Source of the DNA: the human T2T-CHM13v2.0 reference genome, Homo sapiens
Length of the DNA stretch: 64,000 nt
Strand: one strand, 5' to 3'
NCBI RefSeq assembly: GCF_009914755.1
Contig: NC_060946.1
Positions 33,457 to 48,257 of this stretch are shown in pieces (the stretch's first letter is position 1; the number at the start of each line of letters is the position of its first letter). Position numbers and translations under genes: made by a program. Below the pieces are notes generated by a model that made no database searches, was not told the origin of the DNA, and saw only the letters and a program-made list of their open reading frames with translations.

Positions 33457-33684
33457 GTAAACTTTCACCTGTAGACTCCACCCCTCTGCCCAGAGAACTG
33501 GGAATCTCAGGAACATGGGATCCCAGATCAAAAGAATCCCAGTGTCTCAGTTGGAGATAAGTGCCAGAAATCAGAAGCCCCTCTGGGGCAGAAAAGGAAA
33601 GGGGCAGGAGTTTGGGGTCTGTCCCTGCCAGGCACCACCTTCACAGTCCTTTCTAGAGAAACACTAACATGGTCAGACTCACTA

Positions 33685-34404
<720 letters not shown>

Positions 34405-36252
34405 GTGGGTGGGCTGCAGCGGGGCAGGCAGCACAGCTGGGGCCCAGCCCCTCCACCCCCAGCCGCTGCTCTACTCCCCATCACAGGTAGACAGAACAGG
34501 GGTGGGCCTCACAGCTGCACGGGAGGAGAAAGCCACGGCCTAGGCTCCTGGGGCCCGTGCAGGATGAATTCCACATCAGAATGAGCGTCTTCTTCCCTTA
34601 GCAGCTTCCAGAGGCAGGTGGGACACATTTGGGACATTCAGCTGGAGACCGAGCCCGTCACTGGCCTGTGCTCTGGAGTGTCAGGAGCCTACATGACTCA
34701 TAGGGGGCTGGCTTCTCTTACCACTGTAGGGCCCTGAGGGGCCGCGGGGCAGTGTGCCCAGCAGCCACATGAAGCATTTAGGACTGGCGCATGGTGAGGG
34801 CTCCATCCACTTGAGCTCTCTGTCACTCTTCTGTTGTCACTGTCCTCATTTCTGGCTCACATCAGCCTGGTTGGTATTTAATGGACATCCATCATGTCCC
34901 TGACTAGCTTCTTTCTGGTCCCAGCCAAGCGCCTTGGTCCCGCTGTACGGCGATATGTGAATAGTCACGAATTGCTAAGGCCTTCCCAGTGTAGCCCTTT
35001 CATTTCACCAGCATGCAGCCTCACAGCTCTGGAGGAGGAAACGGAGGCTTTGAGAGTGCACCCACGGCTCTGCCTCTCCCCCAACCTGGCCCCTAGCAGT
35101 GGCCCGCCCAGGCCTCCTGAACTTGCTCCTTGTCCTCCCAGCAGCCAGGCTGGTCTAAGGACATGTCACTCTTGGGTCAAAGGCCTCCATCAGCCACTGC
35201 CCGTGGCCAGTGGGATGAAGTCCACATTCTGCAACAAGACCTACACGTGCCCGTATCCACCCCCTCACCCCTCTGCCCTAACCATTCCCCAAATGCACTG
35301 ACCCTCCCTGATTCCGTCACACACGCTGTGCCCTTTGAGCCTAGTCACCCTCTGCTCCTCCTTCAAGCACCGCCTGAATCTTGGGAAGCCCTTCTCTGCG
35401 GTGCTTCCCCTTGCAATCACCCCCACTCCCACCCAGGGATCTGCCCCACTCCTCCAGGTCTGTGGCCTGTTTGTCCTTGTGCGCCAAGAGCCTGGCAGAG
35501 AGATGGGACAAGGCAGACTTAGAGTGGGAGGAGGAGAAAGAAAAACAGGTCCCACCCCCAGGAAACAGCAGAGCTCCAGGTTCTGAGCCACCTTTCCTCT
35601 CTCCAGATGGCCCAGCCCCCAGAAATTTTGTTTTGGTTTGTTTTTGTTTTATGAGACAGGGTCTTGCTCTGTTGCCCAGGCCAGAGTGAGTGGTGCTGTT
35701 ATAGCTCACTGCAGCTTCAACCTCCTGGGCTTAAGCCATCTTCTTGCCTCAGCCTCTTGAGTAGCTGAGACTACAGGCACATGCCACCACACCCAGCTTA
35801 TTCTTTAATTTTTAACTTTTTTGTAGAGATAGGGTTCTTAATTTGTTGCCCAGCCTGGTCTTGAACTCCTTGCCTCAAGCAATTCTCCTGCCTCAGCCTC
35901 CCAAAGTCCTAGGATTACAGGCATGAGCCACCATGTCCAGCGCCCCCGCCAGCTTTATGTATTATCTCACTTGATTCCAACAACCCAGTCTCCTCCATTC
36001 ATAGCAAAGACAGCTGAGGCTCGGGGAGTAATGAGGAATCCTAGCCCAATTCTGTCTGACGCCAAATTACATGCTCTTAACCATGCAGTGTTCTTTTCCT
36101 GGTGAATAATTATTTTTAAATCCCTTATATTTGCCAGTCACAGTGGCTCATGCCTGTAATCCCAGCACTTTGGGAGGCCGAGGGGGGTGGATCACCTGAG
36201 GTCGGGAGTTTGAGACCAGCCTGACCAACATGGAGAAACCCTGTCTTTACTA

Positions 36253-36411
<159 letters not shown>

Positions 36412-36514
36412 TCAAAAAAAAAATCCCTTCTATTTATTTAGAGACTTGTATACTTCTACAAAAGCAATCCTGTGGGGTGAGTGGGGTAGGAGTGATTACT
36501 GTACTCTGCAGGTG

Positions 36515-36715
36515 TGGAGTGCAGAAGCGGGCCTTGTATTTGGAAAGGAATTTTCAGCCCTGCCAAGTCCTGGCAGCAGGGGGTGCAGCAGACCCTGCCT
36601 CACCTGCGTTGGGGTGCAGAAGGGGGCCTGGTATTTGGAAAGGACTTCCCAGCTCTGCCAAGTCCTGGCAGGGGGTGCAGCAGCCCCTGGCTCACCTAGC
36701 TGTGTTGGGGTGGAG
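36515..36715 (+). repeat. Tandem duplication of a ~95-bp unit, two copies plus a stub
   Basis: tgg(a/g)gtgcagaag...gtatttggaaagga...tgccaagtcctggcag...ctcacct at 36515 and 36610. Confidence 0.9.
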
Positions 36716-36830
36716 CGAAGCCCTGCCTGGCTCATGGGGCCAGAGCCCCACAGGCCGCAGCGGGGTGGCGAGGGTGCTGCGGGCTGCTATCCCCGCCTGG
36801 CGGAACGTGTGTCCTGTTGCCTCTTTGCAG

Positions 36831-37036
36831 ACATGATTAACAAGCAGGACTGTAAGTACGGGGATAACTGCACCTTCGCCTACCATCAGGAGGAGATCGA
36901 CGTGTGGACCGAGGAGCGGAAGGGCACCCTCAACCGCGACCTGCTCTTCGACCCGCTGGGGGGTGTTAAGCGCGGCAGCCTCACCATCGCCAAGCTCCTG
37001 AAGGAGCACCAGGGCATCTTCACCTTCCTCTGCGAG
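36831..37036 (+). CDS. ZC3H7B: Exon 14: rest of CCCH finger 1 (DMINKQDCKYGDNCTFAYH) ...FTFLCE
   Basis: ctttgcag acceptor, GAG|gtactg donor. Confidence 0.97.
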
Positions 37037-37201
37037 GTACTGCCCACCCACCCACTGCCACCCCATAGGCCATGGCACAGACAGGGCTGGGGATGCTCCC
37101 TGGCACGGACCACCATAGGAAGTCAGCCCTGGAACCCGTGGGCTGTGGAGGCCTGGTCTTAGAACCAGTAGGTCCTGGAGGGTCAGTAAGTCTGGGCCCT
37201 A

Positions 37202-37681
<480 letters not shown>

Positions 37682-38894
37682 TCAGGAGGCTAAGGTGGGA
37701 GGATTGATTGCTTGCGTCCAGGAGGTAGAGGCTGCAGTGAGCCAAGATCGAACCACTGCACTCCAGCCTGGGTGACAGAGTGAGACCCTATTCCAAAAAA
37801 AAAAAAAAAAAGATGTCATTTCCATCGTCACGGCAGTGCTGGCAGGCAGATATCCCCATTTTACAGATGTTGAGGCTGAGATTCAGGGTAGCGAGGAACT
37901 GCCCTCAGCCACACAGACAGTGCCGTGCAGAACTGAGCTTCAAACCCAGGCAGCCTGTCCCTGGAGTCATGCCCACCTCCCAGCACCAGCTGCTGCTGGT
38001 GGTCCCCACAGCCAAACCCCCAGGACACAGGCAGATTGAGGGCCTGTCCGGGGCTTCCCCCGCATCCCTTGTTGTGGGTATGATGTATTTGGCACTGCTT
38101 AGCCGTCCCAAGCGCCGTGTCCACGGCCCCACGTCTCAGGCCTCCTCCACATGCCTTTCCTCGGCCCTCCTGGCTTCAGTGGCCATTGCGCTTCCCTGCC
38201 TGGGTTTGCCCTCCCCACAGGGCGCTGTCCTGTGTTTCTGGGCTTGGAACCTCTCAGCTGGACTCTGATCCCAGCAGCCCCACTGAGCTGTTAATTCCCT
38301 CCCCAAAGCTGTCCCTGAAGACCCCGCTTGGCCTCCGGAGTGAACTTGGCCCCTGTCTCCCCACCCAGTCATAGCATGTTGAGGGCAGGGGCAGTGGCAC
38401 GTCTGTGTCCGTAGAGCAAGGGCTCCAGGTCCGGGTTGCTGGCAGGGTTTGGTGCCGCTCAGTCCAACCCTCATCCCTGGCACCACCAGCCCTTCCCCTA
38501 GCTCTTCCAGGTCGGGACTTGTGCCAACCCCCCACAGGGAGCATTGGCCTGGGAATCATAGTTCATAGCCAGGTGACAGCCTGTAGTTCATAAAGAACTT
38601 GCCATTCCTTTTTATCTTTTTTTTGACATGAAGTAACCCCCTGCCTCAGGCATTGGGAGTGGTGGGATCAGAGGGAGGGAGGAGGGTGAGGAAGGGAGCC
38701 AAAGCCCAGGTCACCTGTGAGCTGGAAGCAGAGAGGCAAGACCACAGACCCTGGGATTCCCTTCCTCACTCCTCTGACCCAGGGCAGGGCTTGCAGGGAC
38801 CCAGCTGTCCTTCCCCAGCTAGCTGTGTGGGGTCCCAGCTCACCCGCTTCCCAGGTGGCCATGCCAGGTCCCAGCCCTTCCCCTCCCTGGGCAG

Positions 38895-38995
38895 ATCTGC
38901 TTTGACAGTAAACCCCGGATCATCAGCAAAGGCACCAAGGACTCTCCGTCTGTCTGCTCCAACCTGGCTGCCAAGCACAGCTTCTACAACAACAA
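38895..38995 (+). CDS. ZC3H7B: Exon 15: ICFDSKPR...HSFYNN(K)
   Basis: gggcag acceptor, CAA|gtgagt donor. Confidence 0.95.
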
Positions 38996-39947
38996 GTGAG
39001 TGGGACCCTCAGCCCAGGCTGAGGCCTAGGGGCCAGTGGAGAGTCCCCTCAGGCAGCTCAGATGGCTGAGGAAAGGCTGAACTGAAAGGGTGGATGTAGG
39101 GTGCAAGGAAAGGGGCAGAATTTGGGAATCAAATCCAGCCTCCACCTGGAAAGGATGAGAATCACATTTGTCGAACATCTACTATATTCCAAGCGTCATC
39201 TTGGGTATGTTAATTATCTTAGCAATCCTGTGAGGGAGGAGTTACTGGCCCTGTTGTACAGAACAAAAAGCTGAGGCTTGGAAGTAGCTTACTTAGCTTA
39301 CTCAGCTTACTCAGCAGACAGCAAGCGGGGGGCCTCGTCTCTGACTGTAGCCCAGCACCCTCCAATGTCATGACATCAGTGTCAGGCAGTGAGGGGAGGC
39401 CTGGGTCAGGTCTGGCACCACCCCTTTCTCCCTCTTGTTCCCCTTGGTTCTGCCATGGTGTGCATATGGAGCCCAGGGCCTGCAGTCAGACAGACCTGGG
39501 TCCAATTCCTGGGCCAGTCCTGTCTTACGTCCAAGCCTGGGTTTCCTCGTCTGTAAAGCTGATGATGCTCTAGGCTCCTGGGGCTGCAGTGAGGGTAATT
39601 AAGACTCCTGGCCCAGAGGACATGCTTGGTTAGTGTTCCTCAGGATGCAGGACCGGCTCTGCAGAATCAAGCTGGAAACCTGAGGGCGGTGCCCTTTGCT
39701 TGTTGGCAGCTCCATCTTTGAACCCTGGGGGAGGGACAGGAGTAAAGCAGCGCTGGGACCCAGGCCCAGGGGTGCCTGAGCATAGGAGCCCTGTTTCTGC
39801 CCTCCTGTGTCATCCATGGCCTGGATTTGGTACATAGATCAGGGGGTGCCCAGGGAGAGCCTGGCACTGGGAAGGTGGCCCTACCAGGAGAGAAGGTCAG
39901 AGGGGCTGCGGACTGCATCGTGCCCCTCCTGCCTGCCCGCCCGCCAG

Positions 39948-40129
39948 GTGCCTGGTGCACATCGTCCGCTCCACCTCCCTCAAGTACTCCAAGATCCGCC
40001 AGTTCCAGGAGCACTTCCAGTTCGACGTGTGCCGCCATGAGGTGCGCTACGGCTGCCTGCGGGAGGACAGCTGCCACTTCGCCCACAGCTTCATCGAGCT
40101 CAAGGTCTGGCTGCTGCAGCAGTACTCAG
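39948..40129 (+). CDS. ZC3H7B: Exon 16: CCCH finger 2 (CRHEVRYGCLREDSCHFAH)
   Basis: ccgccag acceptor, CAG|gtgagg donor. Confidence 0.97.
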
Positions 40130-40569
40130 GTGAGGGGCAGGCGGTGCAGGTGGAGGGCAGGTGACTCAGGTGAGGGGTGGGCGGCGCAGGTGAAGGGAGC
40201 GCAGGACTGACTGGGGTGACAGGCCAGGGCCCCATGGTCGCTGGAGGGGGCTTCGGGAGAGTTCAGGAGAGGTGGCTGCGGGGTGGGCTCTCTGTGTGTC
40301 CCAGGCACCACAGAGGAGAGAAGCTCTGCTCTCAGGGCGCTTCCAGGCTCGGAGATCTGGGTTTTTCCCTTCGTAGGCACCGTCCAGGGAGCACGGAGAG
40401 GGGAGAGGAGCACCTGGGCTCCTGCAGCAGGACCTCTGCTTGCTCCCTGGGTGGTCGGCAGCAAGTCCCCGCTCCTCACTGAGCCTCCAGTGCTCATCTG
40501 GGAAATGGGGAGCCCCATCTCTTCCTCACAGAGCTGCTGCGGGGATTGGAAGGTGTTCTCCACTCACCC

Positions 40570-41700
40570 ACCAGGGATTTACTGAGCACCTTCTCTTGTC
40601 AGGGCATTCAGCCATGGTCTAGTCGAGGCCCTTACTTTCAGAGAACCTACATTTATAAGTGGGGGCCAGACAGATAATATATCAACAGGTGAATAAATCC
40701 TGTATTCCATCCATTCTAGGATGCACATTTACCCCTACTGCCTGTCATCATTTAATTAGCAGCATTTTGTGGGGCGGGGATTTAAAATATGGTACATATA
40801 ACATTCAGTGTCTGCTTAGAGTTGGTGAAATGCAGTGGTAGCATTTCAGGCGTGCCTCAGTGTTATGAGGAAGATAAAGCCGAGCAATGGGACAGAGACA
40901 GACTCGGGGATGGGAGCATTTTAGGTAAGATGGCTGGGAAGGCCTCTCTGAGGAAGTGACTTTTGACCAGGGAAGGGCGGGGAGTGCATTCCAGAAGAGG
41001 GACCAGACTGAAGTCTCTGAGGCAGGAGCAAGCTCCGCACAGAAAGGATGGTCCCTGGGGGTAGAGCAGCTTAGTCAGTAGAAGGGGAATGAGGCCTGAG
41101 AGGTTGGAGGGGACTGAGCATGTAAGAGTCTCTAGGCCTTAAACAGGAACAACTGGGGTTGTTCTAAATATGATTTACAGTGTCTGGAGGAGGGTTTTAA
41201 GTGGGTGGAGTTATATGATCTGATCAGTACTTTGCAAAAGTCACTCTGGCTGCTGGGTGGAGATCGAGGAGCAAGGGCAGAAGCCGGGAGATCAGGGAGG
41301 GTGGCTCGGGCCAGGGTGGTGATGCTGGAGGTGGGAGAAGTGGTTAGATTCTAGGTGTATTTTGAGGGTGGAGCCAACAAGATGTGTTGATGGATCAGAT
41401 ATGAAGTATGAGACAAAGGAGAGCGTCAAGGTGGACTCTAAGATCAGAGCAACAGGAAGAATGGGGCTACCATGTTCTAAGAGGGGGCAGGCTGTAAGAG
41501 GAGCAGCTCAGGCTCAGTGTGGGACGTGGGAAGTCTGAGCTGCCTGGTGGACTTCACATGGAGATGTTGGAAGCAGCAGATGTGGGGATCTGGAGGTTCA
41601 CAGGAAAGGTCTGGCCTGTAGATACATACTTGCAGATCATCAGCAAGAAACTGGATGTCAAGTGCAGTGTCTTGCCCCAAGTAAGCACCGATGATGATTA
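40570..41700 (-). mobile_element. L2-like LINE relic
   Basis: atttactgagcac...ggaaggcctctctgaggaagtgac...gtcactctggctgct motifs typical of L2. Confidence 0.65.
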
Positions 41701-42388
41701 GCTGTCGTGGAGCAGGGGCCATAGGTCAAGGTGGAAGGCCACATCTGTTGTGGGAAAGACGTGAGAAAGATGGAGAGCGCTGAAAAGAGGGCAGGCTTCA
41801 TGGAAGAGTTGTGAGCTGGATCTCCAAGGTCGGGCTCAGTGGCAACAGTCTGAGGCTGGCGGGGAGACAGACTGGAGAGTCCATGCCACCAGGCTGGGGT
41901 ATTTGCCCTTTGGGGACTGGCAGTAAAGAGCCGTGGTACCACAGTGAACCGGTGAGCCAGGCTGGGCAGGCATGGAGCCCTAAGTGCCAGTGAGGCCAGG
42001 GGCTGCCAAGCAGGCACTAGGCTTGCAGCCCTGTTGAGGGAGATGGGGGTCAGGGAAGGGTGCTGAGTCACCGGCCCAAGAGACAGGGTCACTGGCATGG
42101 GAGCAGAGGACTCCCTACCACAGTACAGAGCCAATATCTTTCTACTGCATTTTCCCACTCTTGGCTGCATTTAATTCTTTCACTTCCAGTGAGGCTCGGA
42201 GCAGGTCTTTGTTCCCATTTTGCAGATGGACAAAGTGGTTCCCTTGTACCCCATGTCTTACTGTGGCTGGGCTGAGAATAGGGCTCCTCCAGCTGGGCCT
42301 CGGGGGTCCCTGGCACCTCGTGGACCCCCTGCCTCCCTCCTTGCTGAGCACCTTGAAAGATGCCTGTGTCTGCCCCCACCCTCCCCAG

Positions 42389-42474
42389 GCATGACCCACG
42401 AAGACATCGTTCAGGAGTCTAAGAAGTACTGGCAGCAGATGGAGGCGCATGCGGGGAAGGCCAGCAGCAGCATG
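42389..42474 (+). CDS. ZC3H7B: Exon 17: (G)MTHEDIVQESKKYWQQMEAHAGKASSSM
   Basis: ctccccag acceptor, ATG|gtaagg donor. Confidence 0.96.
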
Positions 42475-42636
42475 GTAAGGCCTTCTGATACTATGCCATT
42501 ATTCAGATTTTGTGAATTGTCCCCAAATTACAAACAGGAAGGCTCTAATTTTACAATAGAGAAATGTTTACAATGGAGGCACCTCGAATAAGTTATGAAA
42601 GTAACTTGGATAATGTACACATTCAGCTGTTGTGTC

Positions 42637-44218
<1,582 letters not shown>

Positions 44219-46296
44219 TCAGAACCCTGGCCCTCGTATCTCCTGGGGTGGGTGTGAGGCTCACAGGAGCCAACCTAAGCTGCCCTGTGCTCACATCGTC
44301 CCCAGGTGGTGGGATCACTGTAACTGTAGATGACAGTGGAGGACCCTCGGGCTCAGAGGGGTGGGCACAGCGCCCAGGAGACAGTAAGTGTGAGATGAGG
44401 CCTCTGTGCCATCCAGGCATGAGCACTGACCCTTTCATCCACATGAGGCCACCTGCTGATTAACTTGGGGGAAGGCTGGGCCCCTGGACCCTTCAAGAGG
44501 CTGACCAGGGTGTGGCAGGGAGCAGGGCAGGCTGCCGGGGGGTCCCTGGGCCAGGCTGGCTGGCAGGGCTGCCCACCACCTCGAGCATTCCCTTGCTCCC
44601 TGACTTCTTTGTTCCTGGTCCTCTTCTCTTTTTCTCCCCTCTTCCTGGTCCCTGCTGCCCTCCATCAGTCTCCTGTGCAGTCCTCTTTTCCCCTCCCCAT
44701 CTGTTTCTTTTTCCTTCTGGCCAGGAGCCTGGCAGGGAAGGAGTGAGGGGCTTATGGGACCTTTGAAAGAGAGAACACTAGCTGGGTGTGGTAGCTCACC
44801 TGTAGCCCAGCTACTCAGGAGGCTGTGGCAGAAGGATCCCTTGAGGCCAGGAGTTTGAGATCAGCCTGGGCAACATAGTGAGACCCCTCTTGCCACCTGC
44901 TATGGCAAGGAGCTGGTGAGACTATGCAGTCATCAACGTGGGCATGGGGTCTGGCTCTAAGGGAGGAGCTCAGGACTGCAGTGGCTGTCATTAGTGCAGT
45001 GGCTAAGCCACCATACCCTCGGTGCCCCCTTTATCTCGCCCAAGAAATGGTAATAATGCCTTCCTCTCACGCTTCTTGTGAGAATGGAGGGGAACACCCA
45101 GAAGTCAGTAGCCACATGGGTCCACTTGTTGCCTGCTCCAGTGCAGGCCGTCCCACGCGTAAAGGCATGACCTCACCTTATCATCAGGGTCACACGTGTG
45201 TTATTCTGGGGCTGAGCAGCCCACAAGTTGTCCAGCACCAGGCCAGGGGTCAGTCAGCAATGAGGACAGCTCCTTCCTGCTCCAGGGCAGGCCCTGGGCA
45301 GGGCAATGCTGGGGACACGGTGGGGAGTAGGCCACAGCTTCTGTGGGGGAGTTCCTATGGCAGGAGGATCATGCCCAGCAGCCTGGAAGAGCAAGGGGTG
45401 ACCCTGCACTCGAGGCTCCTGGGAAGACGGGGAGGCTTGAGGTTATATGAGGGAGAGGGGACAGCTGGTGCATTCACAGAACAGCAGGCTGGCCAATGTA
45501 GCCAGCTGAGGGGGTTCAAGGTGGCAGGAGACAAGGCAGAGTGAGCATTTTTCCTACCTCTGGCCCCCAACCCTGTCCCGGGGTACAGAAGAGCAGGCCA
45601 AAGGCTGGGGCGTAGGACAGAGAAGGAACGTGGTGGGTGGGGCCTTAGAGACCAGCAAGGCCTTGCCCTGGAGGGAGGGCCAGAGACCAGGGCCACTCAG
45701 ACGCCTGTCCCACCGCCCAAGGCTGACTCCTGCCACCACCACCCTACCCCTGCCGGGGTGGCTTCCCATCTCCTGGACCCCCCGCTCTACAGGTTCGGCA
45801 CTCATAGACGGGTGAGTCGGTCAACAGGAGCAGTTTAGAGACTGTGGGAGCTCACTGAATGGACAGCTGCAGCTTAGGAGAGCTCCGGGGCAGGCTTCCC
45901 ACAGGAGATGCGCTTGAGCTGAGTTTTGAAGGATAGTTTCTAGAACAGGCTGGATGAAGAGTGGAGGAAGGGCAGCGGGAACAGCCTGTACAAACGCAGG
46001 GAGGTGTGGCGGAACGGAGCTTTGCCATGGGAAATGCAGCATCCACAAAGCAGGCCTCCCAGGGAGTTGGGCGAGGCAGGGACCAGCCACAGAGGGTGGA
46101 AAGAGGAGCCCCGTTCCAGGCCTGGCTCTCCTGGGAAGCCCTTGGGCCTGCAGTTGGGAGGTCACTGCCTGCCAGGAAGACCTGGGAGCAGACCAGCTTA
46201 TTCCAAGGCTCTCCCAGAGGACACCTGTGTGGAGACTCCAGGGCCTCAGGCCTGGTGCCTGCAGCTTCACCAACCCCCCTCCCCATCCCCCCACAG

Positions 46297-46430
46297 GGTG
46301 CTCCGAGGACACATGGGCCCAGCACCTTTGACCTGCAGATGAAGTTTGTATGTGGCCAGTGCTGGAGAAACGGGCAGGTGGTGGAGCCTGACAAGGACCT
46401 CAAGTACTGTAGTGCCAAGGCCCGGCACTG
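46297..46430 (+). CDS. ZC3H7B: Exon 18: GAPRTHG...FVCGQCW...KYCSAKARH(C)
   Basis: ccacag acceptor, CTG|gtgagt donor. Confidence 0.96.
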
Positions 46431-46584
46431 GTGAGTGGGATGCCAGGTGGGGGCTCAGGTGGGATGGGGCCACCCTACCACCACAGGTGTGGAGGCCAAC
46501 TGAGAGAGGCCAGGGCTCTCCACAGAGGTCACACAGCACACAGGCTGTGCCCTGACCTCTCCCCAACCCTGCTCTGTCCTGCAG

Positions 46585-46690
46585 CTGGACCAAGGAGCGG
46601 CGGGTCCTTCTGGTGATGTCCAAGGCCAAGAGGAAATGGGTGTCAGTGAGGCCACTGCCATCCATTCGTAACTTCCCACAGCAATACGAT
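46585..46690 (+). CDS. ZC3H7B: Exon 19: WTKERRVLL...FPQQYD
   Basis: cctgcag acceptor, GAT|gtgagc donor. Confidence 0.96.
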
Positions 46691-46781
46691 GTGAGCGCTG
46701 GGATGGGGGGCTGGGGGTCCCCCAGGAGGCAGCGATGCTTTCCAGCGGGACTCAGAGGATCTCCCCACGCCCACCCCACAG

Positions 46782-46890
46782 CTCTGCATCCATGCACAGA
46801 ACGGCCGCAAGTGCCAATATGTGGGGAACTGCTCCTTCGCACACAGCCCGGAGGAGAGGGACATGTGGACCTTCATGAAGGAGAACAAGA
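46782..46890 (+). CDS. ZC3H7B: Exon 20: CCCH finger 3 (CIHAQNGRKCQYVGNCSFAH)
   Basis: cccacag acceptor, AGA|gtgagt donor. Confidence 0.97.
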
Positions 46891-47170
46891 GTGAGTGGGC
46901 AGACGGGGCGGGCGGGCCCTCCCCCGGTGTCTCTTCAGTGCTGAATGTCTCAATTCACCAGCGGGCCCAAGAGCGTCCACTGCACCCCTTTGCTACCTGG
47001 GCCCTTCTCCACCTGCCCCATGCCGGGCCCTCTCTGAGGCCAGGCCCTGAGGCTGAGCGGCCTATCAGCAGGACTTGGGACGCCCACGGCTCCCAAATCA
47101 AGTGGGGACCATGGGGCAGAATGGATGGAGAAGCCCCTCAGCAGGTGCCCTGTCCCTGTCCCCTGCCCAG

Positions 47171-47304
47171 TCCTGGACATGCAGCAGACCTATGACATGT
47201 GGCTGAAAAAACACAACCCAGGAAAGCCTGGAGAAGGGACCCCCATCAGTTCTCGGGAAGGGGAGAAGCAGATCCAGATGCCCACGGACTACGCGGACAT
47301 CATG
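47171..47304 (+). CDS. ZC3H7B: Exon 21: (I)LDMQQTYDMWLKKH...DYADIM
   Basis: ctgcccag acceptor, ATG|gtaacg donor. Confidence 0.96.
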
Positions 47305-47472
47305 GTAACGCCTCCGCCCTGCATGCTCGGGGCTGCGGTCGGGGCTGTGGTCTGAGCCTCACCTGGGAGGGGCAGCCTGGAGGGCCCAGCCGGCCAGCGC
47401 TCAGCCTCTCCGAGGTGGGTGGTCCGGGCAGAGGTGTGGGGGAGCAGGCACCCATGATGGCTGTGCTCCCAG

Positions 47473-47636
47473 ATGGGCTACCACTGCTGGCTCTGCGGCA
47501 AGAACAGCAACAGCAAGAAGCAGTGGCAGCAGCACATCCAGTCCGAGAAGCACAAGGAGAAGGTCTTCACGTCCGACAGTGACGCCAGCGGCTGGGCCTT
47601 CCGCTTCCCCATGGGCGAGTTCCGGCTCTGCGACAG
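47473..47636 (+). CDS. ZC3H7B: Exon 22: C2H2-type finger (CWLCGKNSNSKKQWQQHIQSEKH)
   Basis: ctcccag acceptor, CAG|gtgctc donor. Confidence 0.97.
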
Positions 47637-48004
47637 GTGCTCCTGGGAGGGCAGGGCCTGGCGGGACATGGGGTGGCCCGAGGAGATGGAGTCCGTGGCC
47701 AGCTCTGGCTCCTCTTGGCCTGGAGGTGGTGTGCAGGGAGTGGTGAGGCTTGGCTGTGACTGCAGCCATGGGGGTGGTGGGGAAGGGTGGATGGGAGGGC
47801 TGGGCTCAGACCTATCTAGACCTTTAATTTGCAGCTGTGGGGCAGATCCCAGAGAGGGTCAGGACACCCAGGTTTTCCCTGAGCTGGGACCCAGCTGCCC
47901 AGGGAGAGGCTTGTCTTCGGGGAGGTCAAGCGGCCGGCCCCAGATGGACAGCCTGGGGTGGGAAGGGCACAGAGCTCGGGCAGTGAGCCTCCTGCCACCC
48001 ACAG

Positions 48005-48257
48005 GCTCCAGAAGGGCAAAGCCTGCCCAGATGGGGACAAGTGCCGCTGCGCCCATGGACAGGAGGAGCTCAACGAGTGGCTGGACCGGCGCGAGGTGCT
48101 GAAGCAGAAGTTGGCCAAGGCTCGCAAGGACATGCTGCTGTGCCCACGGGACGACGACTTTGGCAAATACAACTTCCTGCTGCAAGAGGACGGGGACCTT
48201 GCCGGTGCCACCCCAGAAGCCCCTGCTGCTGCTGCCACCGCCACCACTGGGGAGTAG
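48005..48257 (+). CDS. ZC3H7B: Exon 23 coding part: rest of CCCH finger 4 and C-terminus ...AAAATATTGE*
   Basis: cccacag acceptor, TAG at 48255-48257. Confidence 0.97.

Noticed and set aside
44924-45544. 206-aa intronic ORF
   Set aside because: No recognisable domain or supporting splice pattern; expected by chance in GC-rich DNA.
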